Assembly: GCA_012295275.1 (NCBI GenBank)
Contig: CM022670.1
Location: 35,154,001-35,218,000, forward strand
Length of the DNA stretch: 64,000 bases
Source: Chrysomallon squamiferum
Lineage: Eukaryota > Animalia > Mollusca
Direction: 5' to 3'
The position numbers and the translations under genes were made by a program. This document shows, piece after piece, positions 50,388 through 63,480 of this stretch. The stretch's first letter is position 1; the number at the start of each line of letters is the position of its first letter. The notes under the pieces were generated by a model that searched no databases, had not been told where the DNA came from, and saw nothing but the letters and a program-made list of their open reading frames with translations.

Positions 50388-53300
50388 ACAGTTATTTACA
50401 TTTTATTTTACTTTATTTTACTTTATTTTACTTTATTTTATTTTATTTATATTGTTTATAAACTGATACTGTTAAGTTCAGTAACCTGAATTTAGGACAC
50501 AGAAACTGATAATAACAATAAGAACACTTGAGTAGTTAGACACTGATTTATTTTAATACGTAAATTACGTATATATCCTTCTGTAAACACTTGTGTAATC
50601 ATTGTATTACGATACACGCTTAATAATGACATAAAACAAATATTTACACAGTTTAGATTTCAAATATCCTGTTAGACTTTGTTTATTGTGTGCACTTCGC
50701 CAGTTTTAACATCTAAAGACAGTAACTACTGTGAATGAGAAAGAGTGTATGGTTGTGTGTGTTTCTTTTTCTTCTTTGACCTAGTTTTTAAAAAATTATT
50801 TGTTTATATATTTTATTTTTTGTTATTATTTATGTGTAAATACCAATAATTACTTTTTTCATATTTTGTTTAATTTTTTTTTTTTTTTTTTATCATTTAT
50901 TTATTTACTTATTTATTTATTTATTTATTTATTTATTTGTTTATTTTAATTTATTAATTTATTTAATATTTGGTTATTGTTTTATAATTTTAGTCTATTT
51001 ATCAGTATTTACTTACTATGATTATTTTAAAAACTGTTAATAATTTTTATTTTTATTTTTATATTTATATATTTTTTTTTTTTTTACAGAATATCCTGAA
51101 TTTGAACCCAACTGTGAAACATACTGCCAATGCAGTTCCAACTGCAAAAACCAAAGTTGATAAGAAACACTGGAAACGAAATAAAGACAAGAGCTGTTCT
51201 GTGAGTATAGCATTATAACACTTCCACGAATTCCACCACGAATTGATGCTTTAGCTGTAAAACTGTATTTTGTTTATTTTTTTGTCAGAAACAACTGATG
51301 TGTTGATTGAAAAATAGGATATGTTCCATTTGTTGAACAAAGTACTACAGTGTTATTAATATGTATTAATATATTTGGAAACACAAAGTACAATGTTTTA
51401 CATGTTCAAAGGTAATACAATTTTATAAAGTACCTAAATTGTTTCTTCTTAAAATGGTAAATGAAATCAGAGGAGGAAAATAAAAAAATACCCAAAACAC
51501 AGATATTCCATCCATCTCTTATTAAATTTTTTTTTTTTTTTTTTAATACTATGGTATAAAGAAATAGTTTAAGAAACACTGATCTAAGTGATAAAGTTAT
51601 TCACATGTACATAAATTGTATGTATTTTTTTTTTTTTTTTTTTAATAATAATATTGCAGACTTGTGGGCCACTTTCTAAGAATTTTGATGATATTAAACA
51701 CACAACACTGAGTGAGAGGGGGGCTCTGAAAGAAGCTGCTCGCTGTTTGAAATGTGCTGATGCTCCCATGTCAGAAGAGTTGTCCCACTCAGCTGGACAT
51801 CAAAGCTTTCATTGGCTGCATAGCAACCAAGGTAGTTTAATACTGACAATTAAACCTTCAGGTATTATTATTCCTGTTGTGGTTTGTAACTATTCTTTTA
51901 TTTTGTGTTGTTTTTATATTTATTTTATATATATTTTATTATATTTTTTTTAATTTTTTTTAATTTTTATTGTTATTTTTTTATTTTTTTTTATTATTTT
52001 TTTCAGTTATTTTTTATTTTTTTATTTTATTTTGTTTTCTTTTATTTTATTTTACTTGTTGTTTACCTTTTGTCTACTAACAAAATCAAAGTTCAAAATA
52101 ATAAAAAGATTTTCACTCTAATAAAAAACACACCATTAATAAAATTATTTCTTTTACACAGAACTACTATGGAGCTGCTAAGATCATTTTGTCGGACAAC
52201 CCACTGGGCTTGTCCTGTGGGATGGTCTGCCCGACCTCTGACCTCTGTGTTGGTGGGTGTAACCTAGACGCGACTGAGGAAGGACCAATCAACATTGGAG
52301 GACTTCAGCAATTTGCACTCGAGGTTCTGATACATTTTTAATGGTTTCATTTAGAATTTTTCAAAAAAGAGAAACACACAAAAACTAGTAATATCATCAA
52401 AGTTCAAAACTATCAGTTTTCAAACACACTGCTCTATTTTCATCCTGATGTCATAATTCAATCTTATTTGTATCACTCACTTTTTCCTGTTATATGAAAT
52501 AATAGTTTTTCCTTCTAATTAGTTTCATTTCTTCTAATTAGTTTTATTTCATAATAACAACAACAACTACTACTACAACTACTACTACTACTACTACTTC
52601 TACTACTACTACTACTACTACTACAGCTACTACTAGTACTACTACTACTATTACTACTACTACTACTACTACTACAACAACAACAACAACAATATACTAT
52701 TTTCAGATTTAAACACTCTACTATAACAACAACAATATATTTTGCAGATTTAAACATATGAACAACAGACTGGTCCTAAAGGATCCAGTACTACTTAATA
52801 CAATACTGTATGTTTTTATGTATGTAAATACCATGAAATAACTTCAGGTGTTACAGCTATTATTACTTCTTTCATGCAGGTTTTTAAAGACATGAAGATA
52901 CCACAGATCCTGCAGCCTGGTTATCCACCACAGGAGGGTTCCTACAATGCTAAGATAGCTCTGATTGGTTGTGGACCAGCCAGTATCAGCTGTGCTTCCT
53001 ACCTAGCCAGGCTCGGTTATTCAGACGTTACCATCTTTGAAAAGCAAGACTACATTGGTGGACTCAGGTATTTGTCCGACAATGTTCTTACGTAAACTTC
53101 AGAAAAACTGGGTTATCTCTCTTAGTGAATAGTTGTTTGGTGGCATAGGATAGCCAGTCGGATGTCGCGCAGTTGTATTTTGAGTTACAGCCTGTTGTTA
53201 ATGCAGTCCAATGCAGCAGTAGATCCATTTTTTTTTTTCCACCATAAACACCTCGACTTTCATGTCTGTACAGTTTGTTTTGCTGAAATCAGTCAATAAA

Positions 53301-56300
53301 ACATGTTTTTTGTGTTTTTGTGTGACCTGTCAAAATCTTTATTAATTAAATTATGCTAAAACTATACACTTATTTTGTCACGATTCATCAAAAATCTCTG
53401 ACATCAACCCCCATGCATCACATATCACTGGTCTGTAGAATGTGGTTTATCTTATTCTATCAAATCCTGAGTTTTGATCATTTTCACCATGTGACTGGTT
53501 ATCCTAAGCTGTCACATATTTACCAGTTTGATGAAGGTTAATGTTGTATTTTTAATTTTGTAGAATTATGATTATTAATGTAGACAGTTCTGTTCATCAG
53601 TTTTGTAATTAATCAAAATGAAATAAGCTGTAATGACTTGTGCAGAATGTGATGTTGTTATTTGGTTATTGCAGTTCGTCTGAAATTCCTCAGTTTCGAC
53701 TGCCGTATGGTGTTGTAGATTTTGAAATCCAGCTCATGAAAGATCTTGGAGTTAAAGTTAGTAAATATGGCTATTTTAATTAATGATTAAAACATGCTTT
53801 GTTTAAATATTCATTTGCTGTCATGGAATTATTATATTTTCTTATGAAACAAATAAAGAAATTAAGTCTTTCAGATTTTTAAAATTTTATCTTAAAAGAA
53901 ATTAAACATATAAGGTATAAATTGTTGAATCAGTAGAGGGTGTATTTTCTAGCTTAATTTACTTTGAAGTGGATTTCGATTTATCTGTTTTATTATTGTT
54001 AATATTATTTTATTTTTTATTTTTTTTTTTTTTTTTTTTTTTTTAAATGTTATATATTATTTTATTATTATATTTTTTTTATATATTTTTATTTTTGTTT
54101 GTTTAACATGTAATGTATTCCTTTGTAAAAGATTGCTGAGTTTAAATTGTGTATACTTTATCTGTGCTGTTGCAGATTGTTACAAGCAAACCACTTGCTG
54201 AGGATGGTCTCACTTTGAAATCCCTGAAAGAAGAAGGATACAAATCTGTATTTCTTGGCATAGGTAATTTCCACACTTACCTCTCACTTGTAATACACAG
54301 ATCAATAACTTTGAAACTTTAAATAATTCAAGCATTTTTATTTTTAAAAAGTAGTATTTTATTGATTTTGAAAAGAAAAAGTGTTATTATTGATATTTGA
54401 ATCTTATGAAACAAAATGTATCTCAATGATAAAAGCCATATGAAAGGTTACTGGATCAAATCCCATTGGTTCTAAAAAATATATGGCCTACATCCAAAGT
54501 AACAAAAATATTTTTTTTAAATAAACTTTCTAGGCATCTGAGAAAGGCTTTAAAAATAATCCCTGCTGTTAATTGACAAGAGCTGTTCAAAGAACAGAAA
54601 AAGCAGTCTTAAACAGTCATTACTAAATTATGACTGGCTTCTGATTACTATAGATTCATTCACTAGTGCTGAATCAAATACTTCAGTATCGATTTGAAGC
54701 AGATTCTCTTATGATTGGAAGACTAAAAATCATCCAGACACTAACAAATTTAGTTTATTTTGTATTTGTTCAGGTTTGCCCGATCCAAAGAAAATTCCAA
54801 TTTTTGAAAATCTGACAGAAGATGTGGGATTTTACACATCTAAAGGTTTTCTACCAAAGGTTGCCCAATCTAGCAAACCAGGTAAATTTTACTTTTATTC
54901 AAGTTCTGTTTTTTTTCTACCAATATCACCAGCTAAATTAAATCTGGATTTTTATGTTTTGATCTTGTTGGAAGATAATTAAATCAAATTTTTTATATAA
55001 ATCGTCATGACTTAATGTTTTGTGATCTTTTTTCTAAATTGTCCTTTTTAATAGAAACCTTACTGCTGTTAACAGAATTCCTGTTCATTTAATACAGTGT
55101 GTTCCAATGGTTTTAACACAGGAAGAAAAAAACTTCAGTATATTTATTTTAATTTATTTTAAACCTCTTCAGTACAAACTTAAGGTCAGTCTTAATTTTT
55201 GGTTCAGATGCTATTTTGTGAATGATACATCAGTATTGGCACATTCTGATATTTTTCAGGTCTTTGTGCTTGCAAATCCAAACTACCTCAAGTGCATGGC
55301 AAAGTGATAGTTCTAGGCGCTGGTGACACAGCATTTGACTGTGCAACGTCAGCGCTGCGATGTGGGGCCAAGCATGTTTTCATCGTCTTCCGAAAAGGAT
55401 TCACCAACATCCGAGCTGTGCCTGAAGAGGTAAACAAAAGTCATGTTAACAGACAGAGATATCTAGACTACGCATGTTAACAGACAGAGCTATCTAGACT
55501 ACGCATGTTAACAGACAGAGATATCTAGACTACGCATGTTAACAGACAGAGCTACCTAGACTACGCATGTTAACAGACAGAGCTACCTAGACTATGCATG
55601 TTAACAGACAGAGATATCTAGACTATGCATGTTAACAGACAGAGATATCTAGACTATGCATGTTAACAGACAGAGCTATCTAGACTACGCATGTTAACAG
55701 ACAGCTTATCTAGACGACTACGTATGTTAACAGACTGAGAGATCTAGAGTACGAATGTTAACAGAGAGATCTAGATTATGCATGTTAACAGACAGAGAGA
55801 TCTAGACTATGCATGTTAACAGACAGAGCTATCTAGAGTACGCATGTTAACAGACAGAGAGATCTAGAGTACACATGTTAACAGACAGAGAGATCTAGAG
55901 TACGCATGTTAACAGACAGAGATATCTAGATTATGCATGTTAACAAACAGAGCTAGGTTATTAGAAAAGAGAGTTGTCATTGTGTTGCTGGTTAAAATTT
56001 TCAGGTAAAATGATTTAGAAGGAAACATATATTAAACGTGCCAGGTAATTCCTTTCTCCCTTGTATCTGGCTTGTGTTTTATATTTATTTTATAAACCTT
56101 TTATTTTATATATAACCAAAATATCCCAAAAGAAATCCTCAGCAGAAATAAAACTGAATACACTGTCAAGCATTTATCTCGATTGTGAAAACTTACTTGA
56201 TTGTAGATGAAATTCTGCTGTAATTCAAATTTTAAGTAAGAATAAGTTGTAATATTTATTCAGTGTTTAAAACATGTAACAAACAGTTAACAAAAACAAT

Positions 56301-58833
56301 AGATTTTTGATATTTGGTAATAATACATATTGCATGATTTTTAAATTTACTTCAAATGTAAAATTCAGTTATAAGTTTGTATGTGAATAGCTGAAGACAC
56401 TGATTACTGTATGATGTAAATCTGTGTTAAATTCTGTCATTTGTCTCTTTCTAGATGGAGCTGGCCAAAGTTGAGATGTGCGAATTCATTCCTTTCATGT
56501 CACCAAAGAAAGTGTTGATGAAAGACGGGCGAGTGAGTGGGATGGAGTTGTGAGAACTGAGCAGATGGAGAATGGAGACTGGATTGAAGATGAGGAGCAA
56601 GTCATACGACTGAAAGCTGACTTCATCATCTCAGCTTTTGGTTCAGGTCTTTCTGATGAAAGTGGTTAGTATGTTAGTAATATCTGAAAATGTGATGATT
56701 TTTAGTTACGACATGATTCAGTTGTTTTCTTTGATGTTGTTTTATGCTGTTTTTTGTTGTTTAAATTTTAATACAATCTTCATAACTTAACTGATGCGCA
56801 AAAGGAAAGAACTGTGTGCTACATTAGATTCACATTTCGTTAAGTTTTCAGTTCACAAAAATATATTTTTATAAGGTTGTTTCATGGAGATAAATAAATA
56901 TTTCTTTATGAGAATGTATTGGCTTTCAGTAGTATGCTTTTAGAATGTTAAAATGGAAAGCAAACTATTTACCATAACATTAACAGTTTCCAGCAAACAA
57001 TCATTTGTCAAATGGGAAAAAATTTCTGATATTGTTCTCTGCTGAATAACTCAAACTATATTTTACACTGTGTTATTGTTTGTATAGGATTTTGATTTAG
57101 TTACAGATATTGTTGTTTATTTCAGTGATAAAGGCTTTGGAACCAATAAAGATGAATCGCTGGGGGTTGCCGGAAGTGAACTCGGAGACTATGCAGACAT
57201 CGGAACCGTGGGTTTTCTGTGGTGGGGACATGGCAGGCATTGCCCAGACTACCGTGGAGTCAACCAATGACGGCAAGATTGCTTCATGGTCTATGCACAG
57301 ATACATGCAGGTGTGATTTTAGTCAGTTTTAAAACAACAGTTGAATTTATTTCTAGTGAAATATAAATTAATTTTTTCATAATACATTTTTAAAAACATT
57401 AAAATTTAATGGCATTGAGATAGTTATTTTACCAGCATACATGTTAAGGATACTTTAAAAAGTTAAATTATAATGTTAAAAATATCTGAAATTTTTGCTA
57501 ACAATAAAATATTGTACATATTAGTCATTTCAAGTTATAAGTAAAGCTGTTGTTGTCAGAATAATCAGTAAATTGGAAGTTTGAAATTTGACTTCTACAG
57601 GGTCTTTTGACATTCATTTTTTGTTTGTCTTGTTTTCCTGAAGTATGAAATTTTATTATTTTTCATTCTTAAAGCCATTTTTAACACATATTTATACCAA
57701 TACCACTATGTTGATATTTTGTAGTAATAAAACAAAGTTTATTATTTTACAGAGTCTAGAAGGTGTACCTGTACCAGAGACTCCTCTTCTACCTCAGTTC
57801 TACACTCCAATAGACGAAGTTGACATCAGCATTAAAATGTGTGGACTCAAGTTCCCAAACCCATTTGGACTTGCCAGTGCTCCCCCCACTACCAGCTCAG
57901 CCATGATCAGAAGAGCCTTTGAGGCAGGGTGGGGATTCGCACTGACAAAGACATTCTCACTGGACAAGGTAAAATAGTTACACTGGATTGTTTCCCTTTC
58001 TGTAACTCACACTTCTGAAGACTTGGTAAGCACGTTGGAAGAATGGTAACTTAAATGTAAATAGATTATTTATGTTTTATGTGGATCTAGAGTCTATATC
58101 CTAGTTTTATGATGATTAATTTTGTTTCCTCCATGCTTTAAATTATTTCTTATCTGGGACTTTTTAACCACCATGATGCAGAACCCTTTTCAGTTATTAT
58201 ATTATCTATTTTGTATCTTTCTGTGATGTTTAGGTGAGAGTCTGTGGTTTTAGAATAAACAGATAGATTTTATGTTTCAAATCTTGTTAATTATATATAT
58301 TTTTGCCAGTTGACTTCAACTTTATCATTTGACAGGTTTATAAACTGATTTGAAATATTGTGACACTTTCAGGATGTCGTGACAAATGTTTCACCTCGTA
58401 TTGTTCGTGGAACCACATCAGGTCATGTGTTTGGTCCAGGTCAAGGGTCGTTTCTGAATATAGAGCTGATCAGTGAAAAGACAGCTGCCTACTGGTGCAG
58501 AACCATCACAGAACTCAAAGAGGACTTCCCTGAAAAGGTACAAACAGAGCCAGTGCAAACTTTCCTTGTTTGTCTTGACTCATTCACATAATTTGTAGTG
58601 ACTTGGAATACTGTTGTTTCGTTATTGAAAGTTGTGATGATTATGGCCTGGGGTTCAGAACAGTATAGATTTATGATAACTATAAATAAGATTAAATACA
58701 GGCATATGATTTCCAATTAACAGATCATTAATATATTACAGATAGAATTAATAGTTTTCAGTACCATGGAAACTCATAATATTTTAATTCTTCAATGTAA
58801 ATTTTGTATCCATGATCTATTTGTTGTCCTGTT

Positions 58834-58864
<31 letters not shown>

Positions 58865-61800
58865 TCTGTGTTTTTATTAAAATTTTTTTTTTTTTTTGAT
58901 GTCACTGGAAGCATTTTGTAGGTAAAATTACTTTTAAGAAATGCAAAACCAATTTTTTTGTGGTGGAATTTATTGGTTTTTTTTGCAAAAATAATTTTTC
59001 AGTGATTGACAAGTATTTGTAAACCTCAGGAATTAAACTTCTTAGTAAATAAAGTCCAGTTAAGACATGTATTTGTTGATTTTATTTTTCAGATTCTGAT
59101 AGGCAGCATCATGTGTGGCTACATTGAGGAAGACTGGACAGAGCTGGCCAAGATGGCCGAGGTACATTTTTAATTTTCATTGTTCATGAATTTTTCTAAT
59201 AGTAACATGATAGTAACTAGTCAAACATGTACCTTTGTAAGTAATTTAATAAACAAATACCTTACAGGAATGAATGATGTAGTATAGATATACATACATT
59301 ATTTTATTTTAATTAAAAAATAAACTAGTTTCATAAGATAGCAGCATCTTCTGTGAATTTTAAAAAAAAAAAGATTTTTTACTTTACTATAAAAAGAAAA
59401 TCATTTATGAATTAGCTGTATTCACAAGGTAGTTGACATTTTGTTTGTCAGTGTATCAGAGTTTGATGATTTTATTTTCAGACAGCAGGAGCTGATGCTC
59501 TAGAGCTGAATCTGTCTTGTCCTCATGGTATGGGGGAGAAAGGCATGGGACTGGCGTGTGGTCAGGTACATAGAAATACAGCTGTCTTTACTTTTTAAAA
59601 CCTCAGTATTCTGAATATTACTGCGTTTATTCCCATTTCAGTCCATCTTGAAGATTATAGAAATACAAGATCAGATGTTCAATGAATGTAAATTAACCAG
59701 TGTTATCTAGTCTTGTTATTAAAATAAATTTTCTTCATGGAAAATGCTACAACCAAAGATATAATTGTTAATTTTTAATAAGAATATTTTATAAAAGTTT
59801 CAAAGGAGCATCATATTTAAGTTACAGAGTGAACTGTTAGAGTATTCATTTTCTTTTATAATTAGTTTACATGAACATACAGCATCTAACTGTATTTTGT
59901 CACACTGGGTACCGGTTTTCTCAGATACAAATAAGCAGACTGTTGTTTCAGGATGCAGAACTGGTACGTAATATATGTAAGTGGGTGCGTGCTGCTGTGA
60001 AGATTCCTTTCTTTGCCAAACTGACACCCAATGTCACTGACATCACTGTGATAGCCAGAGCTGCTTATGAAGGTATGTGTCTGTTTTCTGCTTCTTTTTC
60101 CTTTACTCTTCATTATCATTCACAAAACCTTTTTGAGATTTTCTCTCATTCAGCTGCAATGACTGACTTTTAAGGGATAATTAACTATAGCGTTGACATG
60201 ATATGTATAAAAAATGTACATATTAGTGAATATAGATTCCTTTTCTACTGTCTTTGGTTGATGAAAAAGATCCTTAGATATGAATCAAAAGTTTTAAAGG
60301 GGTCATCAGTCATATTAAATGAAAAAGGTTGAAAACCAGTGGAAAATATTTAAAAAGGAAATCTAAAATAAACGTAATTTTGTTTTCATTCACGTGGAGT
60401 TAATTATGTTAACTGTAACCACTGGTGATTTGTTTCAGGCAAAGCTGATGGTGTCACAGCCACTAACACTGTGTCTGGACTGATGGGTCTGCGGACAGAT
60501 GGAAGTGCCTGGCCAAGCGTGGGTAGGGAACGCAGGACAACGTACGGTGGTGTTTCTGGTAATGCTATTCGGCCCATTTCTCTGCGAGCTGTGTCTGCCA
60601 TTGCTAACGCACTGCCAGGTTTTCCCATTCTAGCCACAGGAGGAATAGATTCAGCCGATACTGGACTACAGTTTCTTCAGGCTGGAGCTTCAGTGCTTCA
60701 GGTGAGATAAATCATGTAACTGTAAATTATTGAAAAATTTCATAGATTATTGTATAAAAGATTTTAGGTTGAAAATCCTTTTTCAAAAAACCAAAATCCA
60801 TAATTATTTTTTGAGCTGCAGAGATTCTGATATCTTGCCATTTTTTGAATTTTCAGGAAAAAATCAAGCTAAACAAAGATGGTTTATTTTATACTAGAAT
60901 TTCAAGAAATAGGTAGTAACATTTATAGAATGTGGAGAAGCAACATGAATTTTGGCAATACTTTCACTTGTTATTTGTATTACCAATTCTTAATACAGTA
61001 ATTATTTGTAAATTAAAAACAAGGATCATAAACAACAAGTAAATAATGTTCTAATATTAAAACTACACTGACTGGTTTGTACAGGTGGGCAGTGCCATTC
61101 AGAACCAGGACTTCACAGTCATCCAGGACTACATAACTGGACTGAAGACTCTGTTGTACCTGTCCAGCATGGACGACTGCCTGCAGGGCTGGGATGGACA
61201 AAGTCCACCTGTACCTAAACACCAGAAGGGAAAACCTGTGCTGAAAGTAGCAGACCTGGTTGGTCAGGTTAGTCTTTTAACAGTGTTTATTACAGTAATG
61301 ATGATGATGGAGGATACATTTGTTATTGATAATAATGATGATATTGTTAAGACTTAGTTCATCAGGATAGTTATTTTTATAGTATTCTGTTTCACTCTTT
61401 TTGATTATTTTGATGATTTTGATGATGATGATGTTAACATTAATGTGGCTGACTTAGGTTAATTCTTTTCATTAGTTTTCTCTATTATCATTGTTAACAT
61501 TGATGATGATGATGTTAACATTAATGTGGCAGATTTGATTGGTCAGATCACTGTTTTCATAATTTTCACTGTTACTGTTGTTGGTGCTACTGATGATGAA
61601 TTCAGTGATGATATTAAAGTTGAATTTGAAAATGAATGGTAAACAACTTTCTTGTATCTAACTCAGTTATCAACCGTTGGCTGTTTACAGACTAGAGAAA
61701 AAAATTCAAAATAAAAATTTATAAAAAGTTCTTATACTCTTTTGTAAAAAAAAAAAATTCAAAAAATTAGTTAGATAAAAAAAAAACAGAAGAGAACAAA

Positions 61801-61977
61801 GTCATGAATACAAGTAAATCTTTTTTTTTTTTTTTTTCTTTTCAACTCACCTTGAAATTTTATTTTAATATCTATGAATAAGTGCATTTATACCTGAACA
61901 CCCCACTTGATATATATTTTATATTTGTTTTACATATGTTTATTATTTGGTATAGGTATATATATATATTTTTAAAT

Positions 61978-62008
<31 letters not shown>

Positions 62009-63437
62009 TTTGTGTGTGTGTATTTTGGGGGATTTTGTTGTTTTTGGGAGTTTTTGGTTTTTGTTTTTTGTAATTTTGTTACTAAAAAAAAAATATTTTA
62101 CCTTTATTTGTAGCATTTGCCATCTTTTGGACCATACATGAAGAAACGACAAGAAATAATCAGAAAAGAGAAAGAGAAGATGGATCTGCTGGATGACAAA
62201 CTGAAACCTGAGCCAATCAGACCAGCCAACACACCAAAGAAACCAGTCCCAAAAGTCAAGGTAAATACACTCACACAAATTTTACACAGACAATCTAAAT
62301 ACAGACAATGTAAATAAAGTGTAAATTTATCCAAAGCTGCATGTTTTGCCATGTACATACCTGTTTCCAAAAATTGATGAAAGTCAATGCTAATCTCAGA
62401 ATAGTGCTTTCAGTTTAATTGCAAAATAGATGTTATTGAAAGCACATATCAAATCAGTCAGAATTTTAGACCAGACAGATCCAAACTTGGTTTCTGTTAT
62501 TAAAAGAAAATGCTACCAAAACAAGCTTAAATAGTGTTCCAGAAGTTGTTATGAGTGGGGCATTTTTTGTTTTTGATTCACAAAACAATCAACTTGAACT
62601 TGTTCTGTGTGTTCCAAATTGTCAGCTGCATTTTAAAACAAACATTAATATCAGTAAATTAATTATACATCCATACATACATATGTGCATATATAAAATC
62701 TGAATTAATATACACAAACATGTGTATGTTTATAAACAAAAGTGTATGTATGATATTACTGAGTATTTTAAGATTATATCTAGTGGAATGGAACCTTTTA
62801 TGTTACAGTTCTGTTGTTTATATAAATACATTATTTATATAATGTTTATGTTAAAATTTATTTTAATAAAGGATGTGGTAGGTGCTGCTCTGTCTATGAT
62901 TGGTTCCTATGGTGAACTTGATAACACTCAGCAAGTGGTGGCTGTTATAGATGAGGTAAGATTATTCATTATATTCATACTTTTGTGTTTGTGTCAAAAT
63001 GTAGTTGCTGTTGAAGATAGTGTTGATGCTGGTTATTCTGTGTATCAGTTACTATGAAAGGAAGATGTTTAGTTTAACCCTGGCACTTTTGTCCATTAAA
63101 GAGACATTTTTAATGTACTTACAACAATTAGTATAAACTTCTGACTCTCAAAGTGGAGATAACCAGATTCTAGTCAGTGTAAGACAGGTGTGAGCACTAC
63201 AAATCACATTAAAACTAATGTAGTGTTAATATATTTTCCCATTTTTTCATTTTTATCATTTTTTTAATGTTTTTTTATTAATTTATTATTATTAATTTTT
63301 TTAATTTTTTTTTTATTTGTTTATTTGTTTATTTATTTTTTATTATATTTTAATTAATTAATTTATTTATTTTTTATTATATTTTAATTAATTAATTAAT
63401 TTATTTATTTATTTATTATATTTTATTTTATTTTATT

Positions 63438-63480
<43 letters not shown>

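Noticed and set aside
55442-55955. CRISPR-like regular repeats of about 31 bp
   Set aside because: The units are directly adjacent with no unique spacers, there are no cas genes, and the context is a eukaryotic intron; it is a minisatellite.
51765-56549. The +1 and -1 DPYD indels as compensating or programmed frameshifts
   Set aside because: Stop codons intervene, no slippery site or structure is evident, and both indels sit in short homopolymers typical of consensus error.
56691-56795. C-box-like TGTGATGA ... CTGA in DPYD intron 10, a possible C/D snoRNA
   Set aside because: There is no terminal stem or recognisable rRNA guide, and the interior is low-complexity T-rich sequence.
61418-61530. 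Short duplicated GATGATGATGATGTTAACATTAATGTGGC (similar local duplications near 1692-1840 and 63838-63955)
   Set aside because: These are ordinary microsatellite-associated slippage duplications with no sign of function.
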